DNA from: Candidatus Adlerbacteria bacterium
Lineage (GTDB): Bacteria; Patescibacteriota; Minisyncoccia; Phycocordibacterales; SBAW01
Length of the DNA stretch: 43,347 nt
Direction: 5' to 3'
Assembly (NCBI GenBank): GCA_903840375.1
Contig: CAIMFR010000072.1
Location: forward strand, 1 to 43,347
A model generated the notes under the pieces. The model searched no databases. It had not been told where the DNA came from and saw only the letters and a list, made by a program, of their open reading frames with translations. Both the position numbers and the translations under genes were made by a program. This document shows, piece by piece, positions 18,619 through 28,113 of the stretch; positions within the stretch are counted from its first letter, which is position 1; each line of letters opens with the position of its first letter.

Positions 18619-19587
18619 TTACGCAACATGTTCGACCCCGCCGTCAGCCGTAGCAAGCGCCTCGAGGATCGATCCGATGTTGCCGGCAAAAATAGACGGC
18701 AAATTGTGCCAGCTCTCTTTGAGACGGTGGTCAGTCACGCGATCCTGCAAGATATTGTACGTGCGAATCTTCTCTGAACGGTCCGCAGTGCCTATCTGTG
18801 ATAGGCGATCTGATGACAATTTAGCCGCCGCTTTTTCCTCCTCATAAGCCTCAATTTTCGCCATCAAAACTTCCATGGCTTTCTCGCGGTTGGCGAGCTG
18901 CTGACGCTCCGACTGCGAGCGCGCCTCGATGCCGGTCGGCTTATGCACTATACGCACAGCCGTCTCTACCTTGTTGACGTTCTGTCCGCCTGCGCCGCCT
19001 GCGCGAGAAAATTCCATATAGATATCTGCCGGATTGATCACGACCGTGTGTTTTTTACGAATCGGTAAAATTGCTACCGATGCGGTCGAGGTGTGAATAC
19101 GACCGGACTTCTCTGTTTCCGGTATGCGCTGAATGCGGTGCACCCCTGTCTCGAAACGTAGTTCTTTGTAGACTCCGATTCCATGCAGCTCAAGCACAAC
19201 TTCCTTGTAACCGCCGAGGTCGGTCTTGGACTCTGACAGCACACGCACTTGCCAACCCTTTCCTTCGGCATAGGCACGGTACATTTTGGAAAGTTCCTCC
19301 GCGAAAAGTGCCGCCTCTTCCCCGCCGACGCCGGCGCGTATTTCCAAAATAGCTTCGTTCGGAAATTCTTCCTCCGCCTTCTCATGTGTGAGTATCTTTT
19401 CTATCTCAGCAAGCAGAGCAGCCTTCTGATCTTCGATGCGCGCAAGCTCCTCCCTGGCAAGTTCTCCGAGCCCGCCGACAGTAAGCTCCTTCACCTCTGC
19501 TTCTTCAGCAATTAGGCGCTCTAATTGCGCGGCAAAATATGCCGTCTTCGGATTTTCCTTGTACCGTAAAATGTCTTCGGTTGTCAT
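18619..19587 (-). CDS. prfA: Peptide chain release factor 1
   Basis: [24 protein letters not shown] (PxT motif of RF1), [10 protein letters not shown] and RSEKIRTYN; start at MTTEDI. Confidence 0.93.
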   Translation of the reverse strand: MTTEDILRYKENPKTAYFAAQLERLIAEEAEVKELTVGGLGELAREELARIEDQKAALLAEIEKILTHEKAEEEFPNEAILEIRAGVGGEEAALFAEELSKMYRAYAEGKGWQVRVLSESKTDLGGYKEVVLELHGIGVYKELRFETGVHRIQRIPETEKSGRIHTSTASVAILPIRKKHTVVINPADIYMEFSRAGGAGGQNVNKVETAVRIVHKPTGIEARSQSERQQLANREKAMEVLMAKIEAYEEEKAAAKLSSDRLSQIGTADRSEKIRTYNILQDRVTDHRLKESWHNLPSIFAGNIGSILEALATADGGVEHVA

Positions 19588-19600
19588 AAAAAATGTACAG

Positions 19601-19715
19601 GCATGGTGTGCAAAACAAGGTTGCGGGAGGCTTCTGAGCGCGACGGCGCGAGGATTGAGCAAATTTTTAGCAAAAAAATTGAGTACTCCCAAAACCTTGG
19701 TTTTGCATACAATGC
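19601..19715. repeat. Imperfect ~30-bp inverted repeat enclosing two small hairpins (rpmE-prfA spacer)
   Basis: Left arm GCATGGTGTGCAAAACAAGGTTGCGGGAG (19601-19629) pairs with right arm CTCCCAAAACCTTGGTTTTGCATACAATGC (19686-19715). Internal hairpins are GCGC-GACG-GCGC and AATTTTT..AAAAATT. Confidence 0.8.
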
Positions 19716-19725
19716 ATGTTCCAAA

Positions 19726-19944
19726 TTATTTGGCCGTCTTTGTTGCTGCAGCACGGCGTGCTTTGAATTTCTCAACGCGACCTGCTGTGTCGAGGATCTT
19801 TTCGTTGCCGGTGTAGAACGGGTGGCATGCGCTGCAGATTTCAACATTGAGTGCCTTCTGCGTAGAACCCACGGTAAAAGTGCGCCCGCAAACGCAGGTA
19901 GCCTTGGCGTCGGAAACATATGTCGGATGCGTATCTGCTTTCAT
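19726..19944 (-). CDS. rpmE: 50S ribosomal protein L31 (Zn-binding, C+ type)
   Basis: [21 protein letters not shown] and DTAGRVEKF motifs. Confidence 0.96.
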   Translation of the reverse strand: MKADTHPTYVSDAKATCVCGRTFTVGSTQKALNVEICSACHPFYTGNEKILDTAGRVEKFKARRAAATKTAK

Positions 19945-19991
19945 AAATGGAACGATACCACCAAAACCATTTTGGTGCAAATCAAACAGCC

Positions 19992-21368
19992 CTAATTACA
20001 ATTACCGCCGTTGGTGTTGTTGTTCAGAATGTCTATTTGACACTGATATTTCTGCGCCAAGGCTGCGACTTGCTGTCCGTAGAATTGGAGACTCTTGTTG
20101 TTGGTGTTGCCGCAGCCTGCCAGGTAACACATCGCGGCCTTGAACTCTGTCGCGGATGTCTTCCCGTCTGCACCGCTATCGGTTAGGTAGATTGCCGCCG
20201 CCATGAACGCATCCTCGGGATTCCACGGATTCGGCGGCGTAGCGCCAGTGAGCTTGCCGACGCGATCTTTGGACGAGTCATAATGCCAGTCCGGCTTCAC
20301 ATACCCTGCGTAGAGCGCCCATGTCGACGGAATGAATTGTGCCGGGCCCATCGCACCGCCGTAGCCATACCATGGCTTCTTCGATACCGGCATCGTATCG
20401 GGATTGAGGCCGAGGCTTGCGGTTATTGCCTTGAAGATCGGCATGTCGCGCGTCTTGTTCATGTCAACGGTCCACGAACCGGTGCCGACATTCTGACCGA
20501 GATCCGACTCTTCTGCGATGATGCCGAGTAGGAACGCGGGGCGGATGCCGGTCTCCTTTGCCGCGAGGGTGGCATAGTCGAGCGCTTTGCCGAATGGAAT
20601 CGCCGCCGAACCGGTGAGCTGGAAGAGTGCGGCACGGATCTGCGCGGCGGACTTCTGATTCTGCGCTATCAATGCTTGATACGCTTTCTCCTGCCCTTTC
20701 GTCTCCGTCAAGATCTGCTGCTTTTGATCCTCCTGATCGGTGATCTGCGACGCCTGCAGCTGCTGTACCTGGCGCAACTGAGTCTCTTCCTCTAGCTGCG
20801 CCTCAAGGTCATCTTTCTCCTGCTGCGTTGTTTGTTTGGTCGTTTGTATCTTAGTAAATGAACTCTGCATTTGTACGTTTATCTGGTCGAACGAGGCAAG
20901 GTCGCCAAAAAATTGCGACAAACTCTCCGCAGACATGACAGCCACTACGAGCGACGTAGTGTCGAGTTGATCCTTCTCGCGCATAATAGCGCCGAGCGAT
21001 TCAAGCTCGCTGTTGAGTTGCGTGTTTAGACCAAAAATGGTGTTTTGTTTGTCCTCGATACTGCTTGTCAATTGCTGTATCACGAGTGTGCGAGCATTTA
21101 TGGAAAGTTGCGCCTGCTTGATCTGAGCATCAAGTATGGCAATGTCGCGATTGAGCGACGTGTGTTCCTGCTGTTTGGTATCAAGAACTTTCTGCTGCTG
21201 TGCTATGGCCGCGTTGATTATATCAAGCTGTGCTTGGAGCTGCGCGCGATACGTATCCGTCAAGGTTGTACCGGAATCCTGTGCGCGAACGACACCGCAG
21301 TTTCCGTATAACAGCAATCCCGTAAGAAGAATAATGGCGACAATGAGCCGCCGAATCGTAGTGCACAT
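19992..21368 (-). CDS. Coiled-coil protein with C-terminal lytic murein transglycosylase domain
   Basis: Signal peptide, long Gln-rich coiled coil (PcsB/CwlO-like), catalytic [17 protein letters not shown] and [16 protein letters not shown]. Confidence 0.85.
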   Translation of the reverse strand: MCTTIRRLIVAIILLTGLLLYGNCGVVRAQDSGTTLTDTYRAQLQAQLDIINAAIAQQQKVLDTKQQEHTSLNRDIAILDAQIKQAQLSINARTLVIQQLTSSIEDKQNTIFGLNTQLNSELESLGAIMREKDQLDTTSLVVAVMSAESLSQFFGDLASFDQINVQMQSSFTKIQTTKQTTQQEKDDLEAQLEEETQLRQVQQLQASQITDQEDQKQQILTETKGQEKAYQALIAQNQKSAAQIRAALFQLTGSAAIPFGKALDYATLAAKETGIRPAFLLGIIAEESDLGQNVGTGSWTVDMNKTRDMPIFKAITASLGLNPDTMPVSKKPWYGYGGAMGPAQFIPSTWALYAGYVKPDWHYDSSKDRVGKLTGATPPNPWNPEDAFMAAAIYLTDSGADGKTSATEFKAAMCYLAGCGNTNNKSLQFYGQQVAALAQKYQCQIDILNNNTNGGNCN

Positions 21369-21386
21369 AGATATAGTATAGCAAAT

Positions 21387-22025
21387 CTATTCTGCCGCCG
21401 GCACTTCCTCTTCTTCTTTCTTGCCTTTCTTTTCTACTTCGATCGCAGAGAGATCTACGGGCGCAGACGATTCTTCTTTTTCCTCCTCAACCTTCGATGC
21501 CATCGCGACAACTTCGTCTGCATCTACATTTATGGTAGCGCTCGGCGGAATGGCGAGGTCGCTCACCAAGATCTTGTCGTCGATATGTACGAGTTTGCTG
21601 ATGTCCACAATGATCGAGTGCGGTAATTCTTTCGGTAGGATCTCCATCTCTATCTCATGCATGACCTTCACCAAAATAGCACCACTGTCTTTAACGGCAG
21701 GAGATACGCCGGTGAATTCGAGCGGGACGGACACGGTGACCTTCTGACCCTTCTGAATAACGTACAGGTCAGCGTGGACCATGATACCGGTGAGAGGATC
21801 TGCGACAACGTCGTTGATGAGCGCCTCCTTTTCATCTCCAAAGCCTGTAAGAGTAATAACGGTAGACTCGCCTGCCGCGGCAAAGACCTTTTCAAATGCC
21901 TTTCGGTCAAGGCTTATCGGCATAGATTCCTGGCTGCGACCGTACATGACCGCAGGCAATATGCCGGCACGGCGAAGTGCCGCTGTGTTTGCTTTGCTGT
22001 CGCGTTTTTGTACCGTTAATTCCAT
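21387..22025 (-). CDS. rplY: 50S ribosomal protein L25/CTC
   Basis: LRRAGILPAVMYG, HADLY, VSVPLEFTG and LPHSIIVDIS motifs; acidic tail. Confidence 0.95.
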   Translation of the reverse strand: MELTVQKRDSKANTAALRRAGILPAVMYGRSQESMPISLDRKAFEKVFAAAGESTVITLTGFGDEKEALINDVVADPLTGIMVHADLYVIQKGQKVTVSVPLEFTGVSPAVKDSGAILVKVMHEIEMEILPKELPHSIIVDISKLVHIDDKILVSDLAIPPSATINVDADEVVAMASKVEEEKEESSAPVDLSAIEVEKKGKKEEEEVPAAE

Positions 22026-22045
22026 GTCGATAGACTATACAGAAA

Positions 22046-22909
22046 CTACTGTGATTTTGCAAACAGACGCATCTTCTGTGCGACGAAGTCCTGCATGCGC
22101 CCGACCGAAGGGGCTAGGAACTTGTACGGGGTCGTTTCTTTCGAATTAGCTGAAAGCGTCTCGGCGAGAGTGTCGTGGTATATGACACGCAGGTCGGTGT
22201 TGATGTGTATCATGACAATACCCGCCGTTATGGCCTGAACAAACTCGCCATCACTCGAACCCGAACCGCCGTGGAGCACGAGCGGCGCGCCCGCCGTCGT
22301 CGCCAACTCCGCAATGCGCGCAATGGAAAGCTTAGGCTGACCACTCCGCACCACACCGTGGATATTGCCGACGGCGGGCGCGACCAGATTCGCATGTGTC
22401 TCCATCACCAGATCATGCAGCTCGCCCGACGTTGTCATCATCTCCTCGGTGATAGCTGCGCCTTCCGGCAAAGTGTCCATCACACTGGACGAAGTGCCGA
22501 TGTATCCTAATTCTCCTTCTATCAAGATCTCGCGAGTGCTCGCGCGCGCCTCCTCGACACAAGTCTTCAGCAAAGCGATATTCTCTATGAACGGCAACTT
22601 TGCTCCGTCGACGACGATGGAGTCTACTCCTGCCGCAATGGCCTCCTTTACTTTCTCTACACTGTACGTGTGGTCGGCATTGAGATACATCTGTAGACCG
22701 TCTGTATTGTATGCATTGATGATCGCGCGCGCATGCGCAAGAGGAAAGAACTCGCGCTCGCCTTCGGACAGTCCGACGACGACCGGCAAGCCTGTCTCAC
22801 GCGCCGCCAGGGCGATGGCACGAAGCTGGTTGGAATCAGAGACATTGAAATGTCCGAGCGCCTTCCCGCCGTTTTTATATTCTTCGACACACTCGCGTAG
22901 TGTTTGCAT
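22046..22909 (-). CDS. fba: Class II fructose-bisphosphate aldolase family
   Basis: ALGHFN, NADH, EGELGYIG, AVGNIHG and LVLHGGSG motifs; start reassigned to MQTLRE. Confidence 0.9.
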   Translation of the reverse strand: MQTLRECVEEYKNGGKALGHFNVSDSNQLRAIALAARETGLPVVVGLSEGEREFFPLAHARAIINAYNTDGLQMYLNADHTYSVEKVKEAIAAGVDSIVVDGAKLPFIENIALLKTCVEEARASTREILIEGELGYIGTSSSVMDTLPEGAAITEEMMTTSGELHDLVMETHANLVAPAVGNIHGVVRSGQPKLSIARIAELATTAGAPLVLHGGSGSSDGEFVQAITAGIVMIHINTDLRVIYHDTLAETLSANSKETTPYKFLAPSVGRMQDFVAQKMRLFAKSQ

Positions 22910-22914
22910 TAACA

Positions 22915-22926
22915 TAGTATATACTA
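22915..22926. promoter_or_regulatory. Palindromic bidirectional -10 element
   Basis: TAGTATATACTA is a perfect palindrome giving TATACT on both strands, 6 nt from the fba ATG and 8 nt from the pfkB ATG. Confidence 0.7.
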
Positions 22927-22933
22927 AAAATGT

Positions 22934-23929
22934 ATGAACCAAATAGATTTCCTCGCAATAGGCGACACTGTTATCGACGATTTTATACGACTGAATGATG
23001 TAGCTATTAAGTGTGACGCACACTCTGACCAATGTGAGATGTGTCTGGAGTGGGGCGGGAAAATTCCATACGAGTCGAACACCGTCATTGCGGGGACAGG
23101 CAACGCCGCGAACGCCGCCGTGTGCGCCGCGCGTCTCGGACTCTCTTCCGCATTGTGCAGCGTCGTCGGCGACGACCTGCGCGGTACGCAGTGCATCGAA
23201 GCCCTTACCGGCGAACAGGTAGATACTTCGCTCATACATCGCCAAAGCGGCGTTCAGACAAACTACCATTATGTTCTCTGGCACGAAGCCAATCGCACAA
23301 TCCTCGTGCATCACGATGCATTCGCGTACAATGTGCCGACTGTAAAACCGAAGTGGGCGTACCTTTCATCGGTGGCGAAAGATTCATTACCATTTCATCA
23401 TGAGTTATTGAAATGGCTCTCCGATAATCCTGAAATAAAACTGGCATTCCAGCCGGGCACATTCCAAATACAGTTCGGCATTGAAGCACTCCGAGCTATC
23501 TACGGCCGCAGCGAAATTGTATTCTGCAATAAAGAAGAGGCGGAACATATACTCGGGATCGATAACACTGATGATATAAAAAATATTTTGCAGAAAATGA
23601 AAGCTCTCGGACCGAAGAAAGTTGTCGTGACCGACGATGTGCATGGCGCGTACGCAATAGATGACAACGGCGCGATGTGGCATGTGCCGATCTACAACGA
23701 TATTAAGCCTCCATTTGAAAGAACCGGCGCAGGCGACGCCTTATCCTCGAGCATCACGACAGCACTCGCACTCGGAAAACCATTTGCAGAAGCACTCCTC
23801 TGGGGACCGATCAACGCGATAAAAGTGACACATGAAATAGGCGCACAAAAAGGTTTGATCTCAAGAGAGGAACTCGAAAAGATACTCACAACCGCACCGG
23901 AATCCTACAAGTTGACAAAATACGAATAA
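22934..23929 (+). CDS. PfkB/ribokinase family carbohydrate kinase
   Basis: GNAANAAVCAARLG, VGDDLRG, CNKEEA and ERTGAGDA motifs. Confidence 0.92.
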   Translation: MNQIDFLAIGDTVIDDFIRLNDVAIKCDAHSDQCEMCLEWGGKIPYESNTVIAGTGNAANAAVCAARLGLSSALCSVVGDDLRGTQCIEALTGEQVDTSLIHRQSGVQTNYHYVLWHEANRTILVHHDAFAYNVPTVKPKWAYLSSVAKDSLPFHHELLKWLSDNPEIKLAFQPGTFQIQFGIEALRAIYGRSEIVFCNKEEAEHILGIDNTDDIKNILQKMKALGPKKVVVTDDVHGAYAIDDNGAMWHVPIYNDIKPPFERTGAGDALSSSITTALALGKPFAEALLWGPINAIKVTHEIGAQKGLISREELEKILTTAPESYKLTKYE

Positions 23930-23986
23930 CACCGCACAATCCCGTGCAGAAGTTACCTTAACCACGTCTTCCTTTTGGAGGCAAAA

Positions 23987-26209
23987 ATGCCTGGCGAATC
24001 GGACGAAAGAGTTCCGATGCTCACTTCCCTTACGCTGGCGCTGCTGGCATTGGGAATCGTATTCGGTGACATCGGAACATCTCCACTCTATGTCTTGACG
24101 GCGATCCTCGGACCGGACAAAAGCTTCTACACTCCGCCACACATCATCGGCGCAAACGGCATCATCTTCTGGATACTGATCCTCGTGGTGACCGCATTCT
24201 ATTGCGGAGTGGTCTTGAAGATAAATCTAAACGGCGACGGCGGTATCACCGTACTCTACGGTATGGCGCATCGACAGATCGATCGACTGTGGGCGCGCGT
24301 CGGCATCGCCGGAGTAATAGCTGACGGACAGATCACGCCGGCAATATCAACACTCTCAGCTTGGTGGGGACTGCTTGCGATACCAGGATTCGTGACACTG
24401 ACAACACTTGTTCAGAATCACGCAGTCTCTTACGGATGGATCCCGCATGTAAAAGCCGCTGCGGCACTTGAAACGCAGCGTGCCGCACTGGGTGAATGGA
24501 TTGCGATCGCCCTCACACTAGCATCTCTCGTTGTGCTTTTTGCGATCCAGAAAAAAGGTACGAACAAGATCGGAGCGTACTTCGGTCCCGTCATGTTTGT
24601 ATGGTTCGCTATGTTGACGTACGGAGGGATGCCGCAGATCACACAACACCCGAGTATCTTGCTCGCTCCGTTGCGGTTCGACTATATGTGGGCATTACTC
24701 ACACACGATCTGGAGTGGTGGAAATCACCTGCAATATTCGCAGCCGCCATACTTTCCGCTCTGACCACGTTCGGCGCAGGACTTCTTGCTGCAACAGGCG
24801 GAGAGGCTCTCTACGCCGATATGGGACATTTCGGACGGCGTCCGGTGGTCACCGCATGGGCGCTGGTGATGATCGGCCTGCTTACAAATTACTTTGGGCA
24901 GTGCGCATCAATGGTCACCAACGGATACACGGATACGCCCTTCTTCGCACTGTATAAAAACAACATGTCTGTCCTTGCCTTCATGGTGGGATTGGCGGTC
25001 GCGGCGACATTTATCGCTTCACAAGCGTTGCTGACAGGATGCTTCAGCCTAGTAGTGCAAGCTATCCGACTTCGTCTCGTACCGCGTGTGCGTATCATAT
25101 TCACATCCAACAATGCGGCGCATGTATATGTACCGATGGTGAATGCATTCTTGCTCATCGGCGAGATAGGCTTCGTGCTCATCTTCAGAGACCCAAACTC
25201 GATGACATACGCATACGGCATGGCGGTCGGTACGACCATGACCATCACCTACACACTGATCAGAAGGATCCGCAAAGAACAAGGAAGGCGTCTCTGGTTC
25301 ATAGACCTATGCGGCGTACTCATCGTACTGCTCACTATCGGCGCTTATTCGAAACTTTTGGAAAGTCTGCTCGGTCTCATCCCTCTCTGCAGCATGGTGA
25401 TGTTTACTTTCGCCATGACCATCTGGGGAAAGGGTCAGCGGATAATTCTGGAGACAGAATATGAAAGCGACAACACTCCGACATTCCGGCAAATGATCGA
25501 TTGCCATGGAGATGCGGTTATCGCACCGATCACACGCGTCTTTCTTTGCTCCCGCGCAGTAGGTCTGGAAGAAAAAGTTCCTCTCGCACTCCAACGCTAT
25601 CTATACGAACAAGGTGCGTGGCCGAGAACGGCGGCGTTCGTACACATAGAACCTGTCGTTAATAAGCCGTATGTAAATGCGGATGATGAAGTCGCATCCA
25701 TCGAGATATACGGAGTCTGTGGCTCTCTGAAAAGGCGGATCTCTATCCTTCTAAAGGACCTACCTCCAAGACCAATACGCTCGCAGGTCCTAACGAAATG
25801 GATACGGGACAGCCTTGACCGCGCCCCGCAAGCTATCCAAGAGGTTGTCTCTGCCGACCAAATGAGCGGACTATTCGACGGACATGCAGAGCCTGATCCT
25901 AAGTATCGCCTCATGCCTGACGAGGACTGTGTGGCACTCGTGACAATACGGTGGGGAAGGAAAGATCCGCCGTTCCTGGTGTCAGTACTACGCTGTCTTG
26001 GAGTCTCATCGGATGAAGCTAAAGTTGTGGCGCATCGACCGGTCTTTCTGATCGACAGCAAGACCACATTTGGAACGAGACTCTGGGTCCATGTGTTTAG
26101 ATGGATCCGCGACAAAGTGCAAACTCTGCCGGAATATCTCGGAGTTCCGTTGTGCCGCGCAATGTTCGTCACACTACAGGTTGATCCGAATCGGACAAGT
26201 ACAAAATAA
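23987..26209 (+). CDS. kup: KUP/HAK/KT potassium transporter
   Basis: GIVFGDIGTSPLY, DGQITPAIS, FGPVMFVWF, GGEALYADMGHFG, IASQALLTGCFS, VYVPMVN and AYGMAV motifs; ATG follows a GGAGG SD. Confidence 0.92.
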   Translation: MPGESDERVPMLTSLTLALLALGIVFGDIGTSPLYVLTAILGPDKSFYTPPHIIGANGIIFWILILVVTAFYCGVVLKINLNGDGGITVLYGMAHRQIDRLWARVGIAGVIADGQITPAISTLSAWWGLLAIPGFVTLTTLVQNHAVSYGWIPHVKAAAALETQRAALGEWIAIALTLASLVVLFAIQKKGTNKIGAYFGPVMFVWFAMLTYGGMPQITQHPSILLAPLRFDYMWALLTHDLEWWKSPAIFAAAILSALTTFGAGLLAATGGEALYADMGHFGRRPVVTAWALVMIGLLTNYFGQCASMVTNGYTDTPFFALYKNNMSVLAFMVGLAVAATFIASQALLTGCFSLVVQAIRLRLVPRVRIIFTSNNAAHVYVPMVNAFLLIGEIGFVLIFRDPNSMTYAYGMAVGTTMTITYTLIRRIRKEQGRRLWFIDLCGVLIVLLTIGAYSKLLESLLGLIPLCSMVMFTFAMTIWGKGQRIILETEYESDNTPTFRQMIDCHGDAVIAPITRVFLCSRAVGLEEKVPLALQRYLYEQGAWPRTAAFVHIEPVVNKPYVNADDEVASIEIYGVCGSLKRRISILLKDLPPRPIRSQVLTKWIRDSLDRAPQAIQEVVSADQMSGLFDGHAEPDPKYRLMPDEDCVALVTIRWGRKDPPFLVSVLRCLGVSSDEAKVVAHRPVFLIDSKTTFGTRLWVHVFRWIRDKVQTLPEYLGVPLCRAMFVTLQVDPNRTSTK

Positions 26210-26231
26210 AAAATAAAAGTAGTGCAATAGT

Positions 26232-26267
26232 ATCCCGGAGTCTCACAAAGACTTCCGGGATCTTTCT
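26232..26267 (+). terminator. Probable intrinsic terminator after kup
   Basis: ATCCCGGAGTCT-cacaa-AGACTTCCGGGAT (one bulge) followed by CTTTCT. Confidence 0.6.
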
Positions 26268-26285
26268 ATCCTAATGTAAGCGATG

Positions 26286-27287
26286 CTAATTTCTAAAAAT
26301 TTTCCAGACGGACGAAGTTCTGCGACCATTCGCCTTTCGCACTGCCGCAACGATGTGCGACACACCCATTCCATAGTGCTCGATGAGTTCTTTCGGCGTG
26401 CCGGATTGACCGAAACTGTCATGTACGCCAACGAACTCCATTGGTGTCGGACAGCACTGCGCCAATACTTCCGCGATGGTGCTGCCAAGGCAACCTACTA
26501 TTTGATGATCCTCAACTGTCACCACCGCACCGGCGCGTTTCGCTTCTGCAACCACAGCGTCAATATCAAGCGGCTTTATCGTATGAATGTTTATAACTGA
26601 AACTGCAATATCCTTTTCCAATTCTTTCGCGGCGAGCAGCGCATTGTGTGCCATCGGACCAGTCGTGAAAATTGCGACCTGCGGCTTTTCTGAAGTCCAC
26701 AAGGGGACTGACTTCCCTATCTCAAATTTCGTTTTTTCCGTCGTGATTGCCGGCGACACTTCGCGAGACAGGCGTATGTATACCGGGCCTTCGTGCGATG
26801 CCGCGGCAAGTGTTGCCTTGTACGCTTCCTCCTCGTCGCACGGAGAGACGATGGTCATGTTCGGCAACACGCGCATCATCGCAATGTCTTCGAGCGCCTG
26901 ATGAGTCGCACCGTCCGGACCGACTGTGACGCCGGCGTGTGCGCCTGCTATTTTCACCGGAAAATTATTTATCGCGATAGTGGTGCGGATCTGTTCCCAA
27001 TTGCGCCCGGGAGAAAAAACAGCGTACGCTGCGACGAATGGTATCTTACCGTAATTTGCAAAACCTGCGGCAACCGTTACCAAGTTTTGCTCTGCGACCC
27101 CGAGCTCGATGTATCGCTCAGGAAACTTTTCTTTAAAGTCGGCAACGCGCGTACTCTCCGCGACATCGCTGCAAAGCACCACCACGCGCGGGTCTTTCTC
27201 GCCGAGCTCCACGAGAGCACGCCCAAACCCGTCGCGAGTCGCAAGTGTCGAGGCCTCAACATTGAATCGTATGTGTTCGGATACCAT
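26286..27287 (-). CDS. tkt: Transketolase, C-terminal (pyrimidine-binding/C) subunit
   Basis: ATRDGFG, GVAEQN, GPDGATHQALED, GPVYIRL and TVEDHQ motifs. Confidence 0.93.
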   Translation of the reverse strand: MVSEHIRFNVEASTLATRDGFGRALVELGEKDPRVVVLCSDVAESTRVADFKEKFPERYIELGVAEQNLVTVAAGFANYGKIPFVAAYAVFSPGRNWEQIRTTIAINNFPVKIAGAHAGVTVGPDGATHQALEDIAMMRVLPNMTIVSPCDEEEAYKATLAAASHEGPVYIRLSREVSPAITTEKTKFEIGKSVPLWTSEKPQVAIFTTGPMAHNALLAAKELEKDIAVSVINIHTIKPLDIDAVVAEAKRAGAVVTVEDHQIVGCLGSTIAEVLAQCCPTPMEFVGVHDSFGQSGTPKELIEHYGMGVSHIVAAVRKANGRRTSSVWKIFRN

Positions 27288-27288
27288 A

Positions 27289-28113
27289 TTATTTTAATTC
27301 TTCCAAAAATCTTTTACCTTCCTCCGGTGTCGGAACTTTTCCGTGCCAGCGATAGTCTCCTTCTATTTCTTTTATCCCTTTGCCGGGGATCGTGTGCGCA
27401 ATAATGACGGTCGGTTTATCTAGGAAAGTTTTCGCTTCATCGACTGCATCGCAAAACTCCTGGATGTTGTGTCCGTCTACTTCAATGACATTCCAATTGA
27501 ATGATTCCCACTTCTCGCGCAACGGCTCAAGCGGCATGACGTGTTCTGTCGTGCCGTCGATCTGTATTTTATTTCGGTCGACTATGGCGGTGAGATTCTG
27601 CAATTTATTATTGCCGGCAAACATGATCGATTCCCAGGTATTACCCTCGTCATGTTCGCCGTCGCTCATGACGCAATACACGCGAAAATCTTTTTTATCC
27701 ATTCGCGCTGCATACGCATAGCCTGCAGCCTGCGCAAGTCCACATCCGAGCGGCCCTGATGTAGTTTCTATGCCGGGCAGACGGTTACGCTCCGGATGCC
27801 CTTGCAGACGTGATCCGAACTTGCGCAGAGTCATACATTCTTCAACAGGAAAATATCCGACATGCGCCAGCGCGGCATATTGCACGGGACAAATGTGTCC
27901 ATTGGACAATAGCAACCTGTCGCGTTCTTCCCATGCGGGTTTTTTAGGATCGTGTTTGAGAATATAAAAGTAGAACACGGCAAAAATATCAGCCATGCCG
28001 AGTGGCCCGGCCGTATGCCCTGAACCTGCCGCGACCAGCATCTCTATTATTGTTTTGCGGATAGCTGCCGCCTTTTGTTCCAGCTCTTTTATTTTTTCAT
28101 CAGTGATGGTCAT
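27289..28113 (-). CDS. tkt: Transketolase, N-terminal (TPP-binding) subunit
   Basis: SGHTAG, DRLLLSNGH, LQGHP, SGPLGCG, SDGEHDEG..WE and WHGK motifs. Confidence 0.93.
   Translation of the reverse strand: MTITDEKIKELEQKAAAIRKTIIEMLVAAGSGHTAGPLGMADIFAVFYFYILKHDPKKPAWEERDRLLLSNGHICPVQYAALAHVGYFPVEECMTLRKFGSRLQGHPERNRLPGIETTSGPLGCGLAQAAGYAYAARMDKKDFRVYCVMSDGEHDEGNTWESIMFAGNNKLQNLTAIVDRNKIQIDGTTEHVMPLEPLREKWESFNWNVIEVDGHNIQEFCDAVDEAKTFLDKPTVIIAHTIPGKGIKEIEGDYRWHGKVPTPEEGKRFLEELK

Noticed and set aside
22910..23314. N-terminal extension of fba to 422 aa, and similar extensions for pheT, sat, pheS, prfA and the 10721..11881 ORF
   Set aside because: The extensions overlap neighbouring genes or structured spacers and lack family similarity. 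The downstream ATGs match family N-termini and most have a -10 box or SD.
23930..23986. c-di-AMP (ydaO) riboswitch upstream of kup
   Set aside because: The spacer is only 57 nt and lacks the aptamer's conserved elements.
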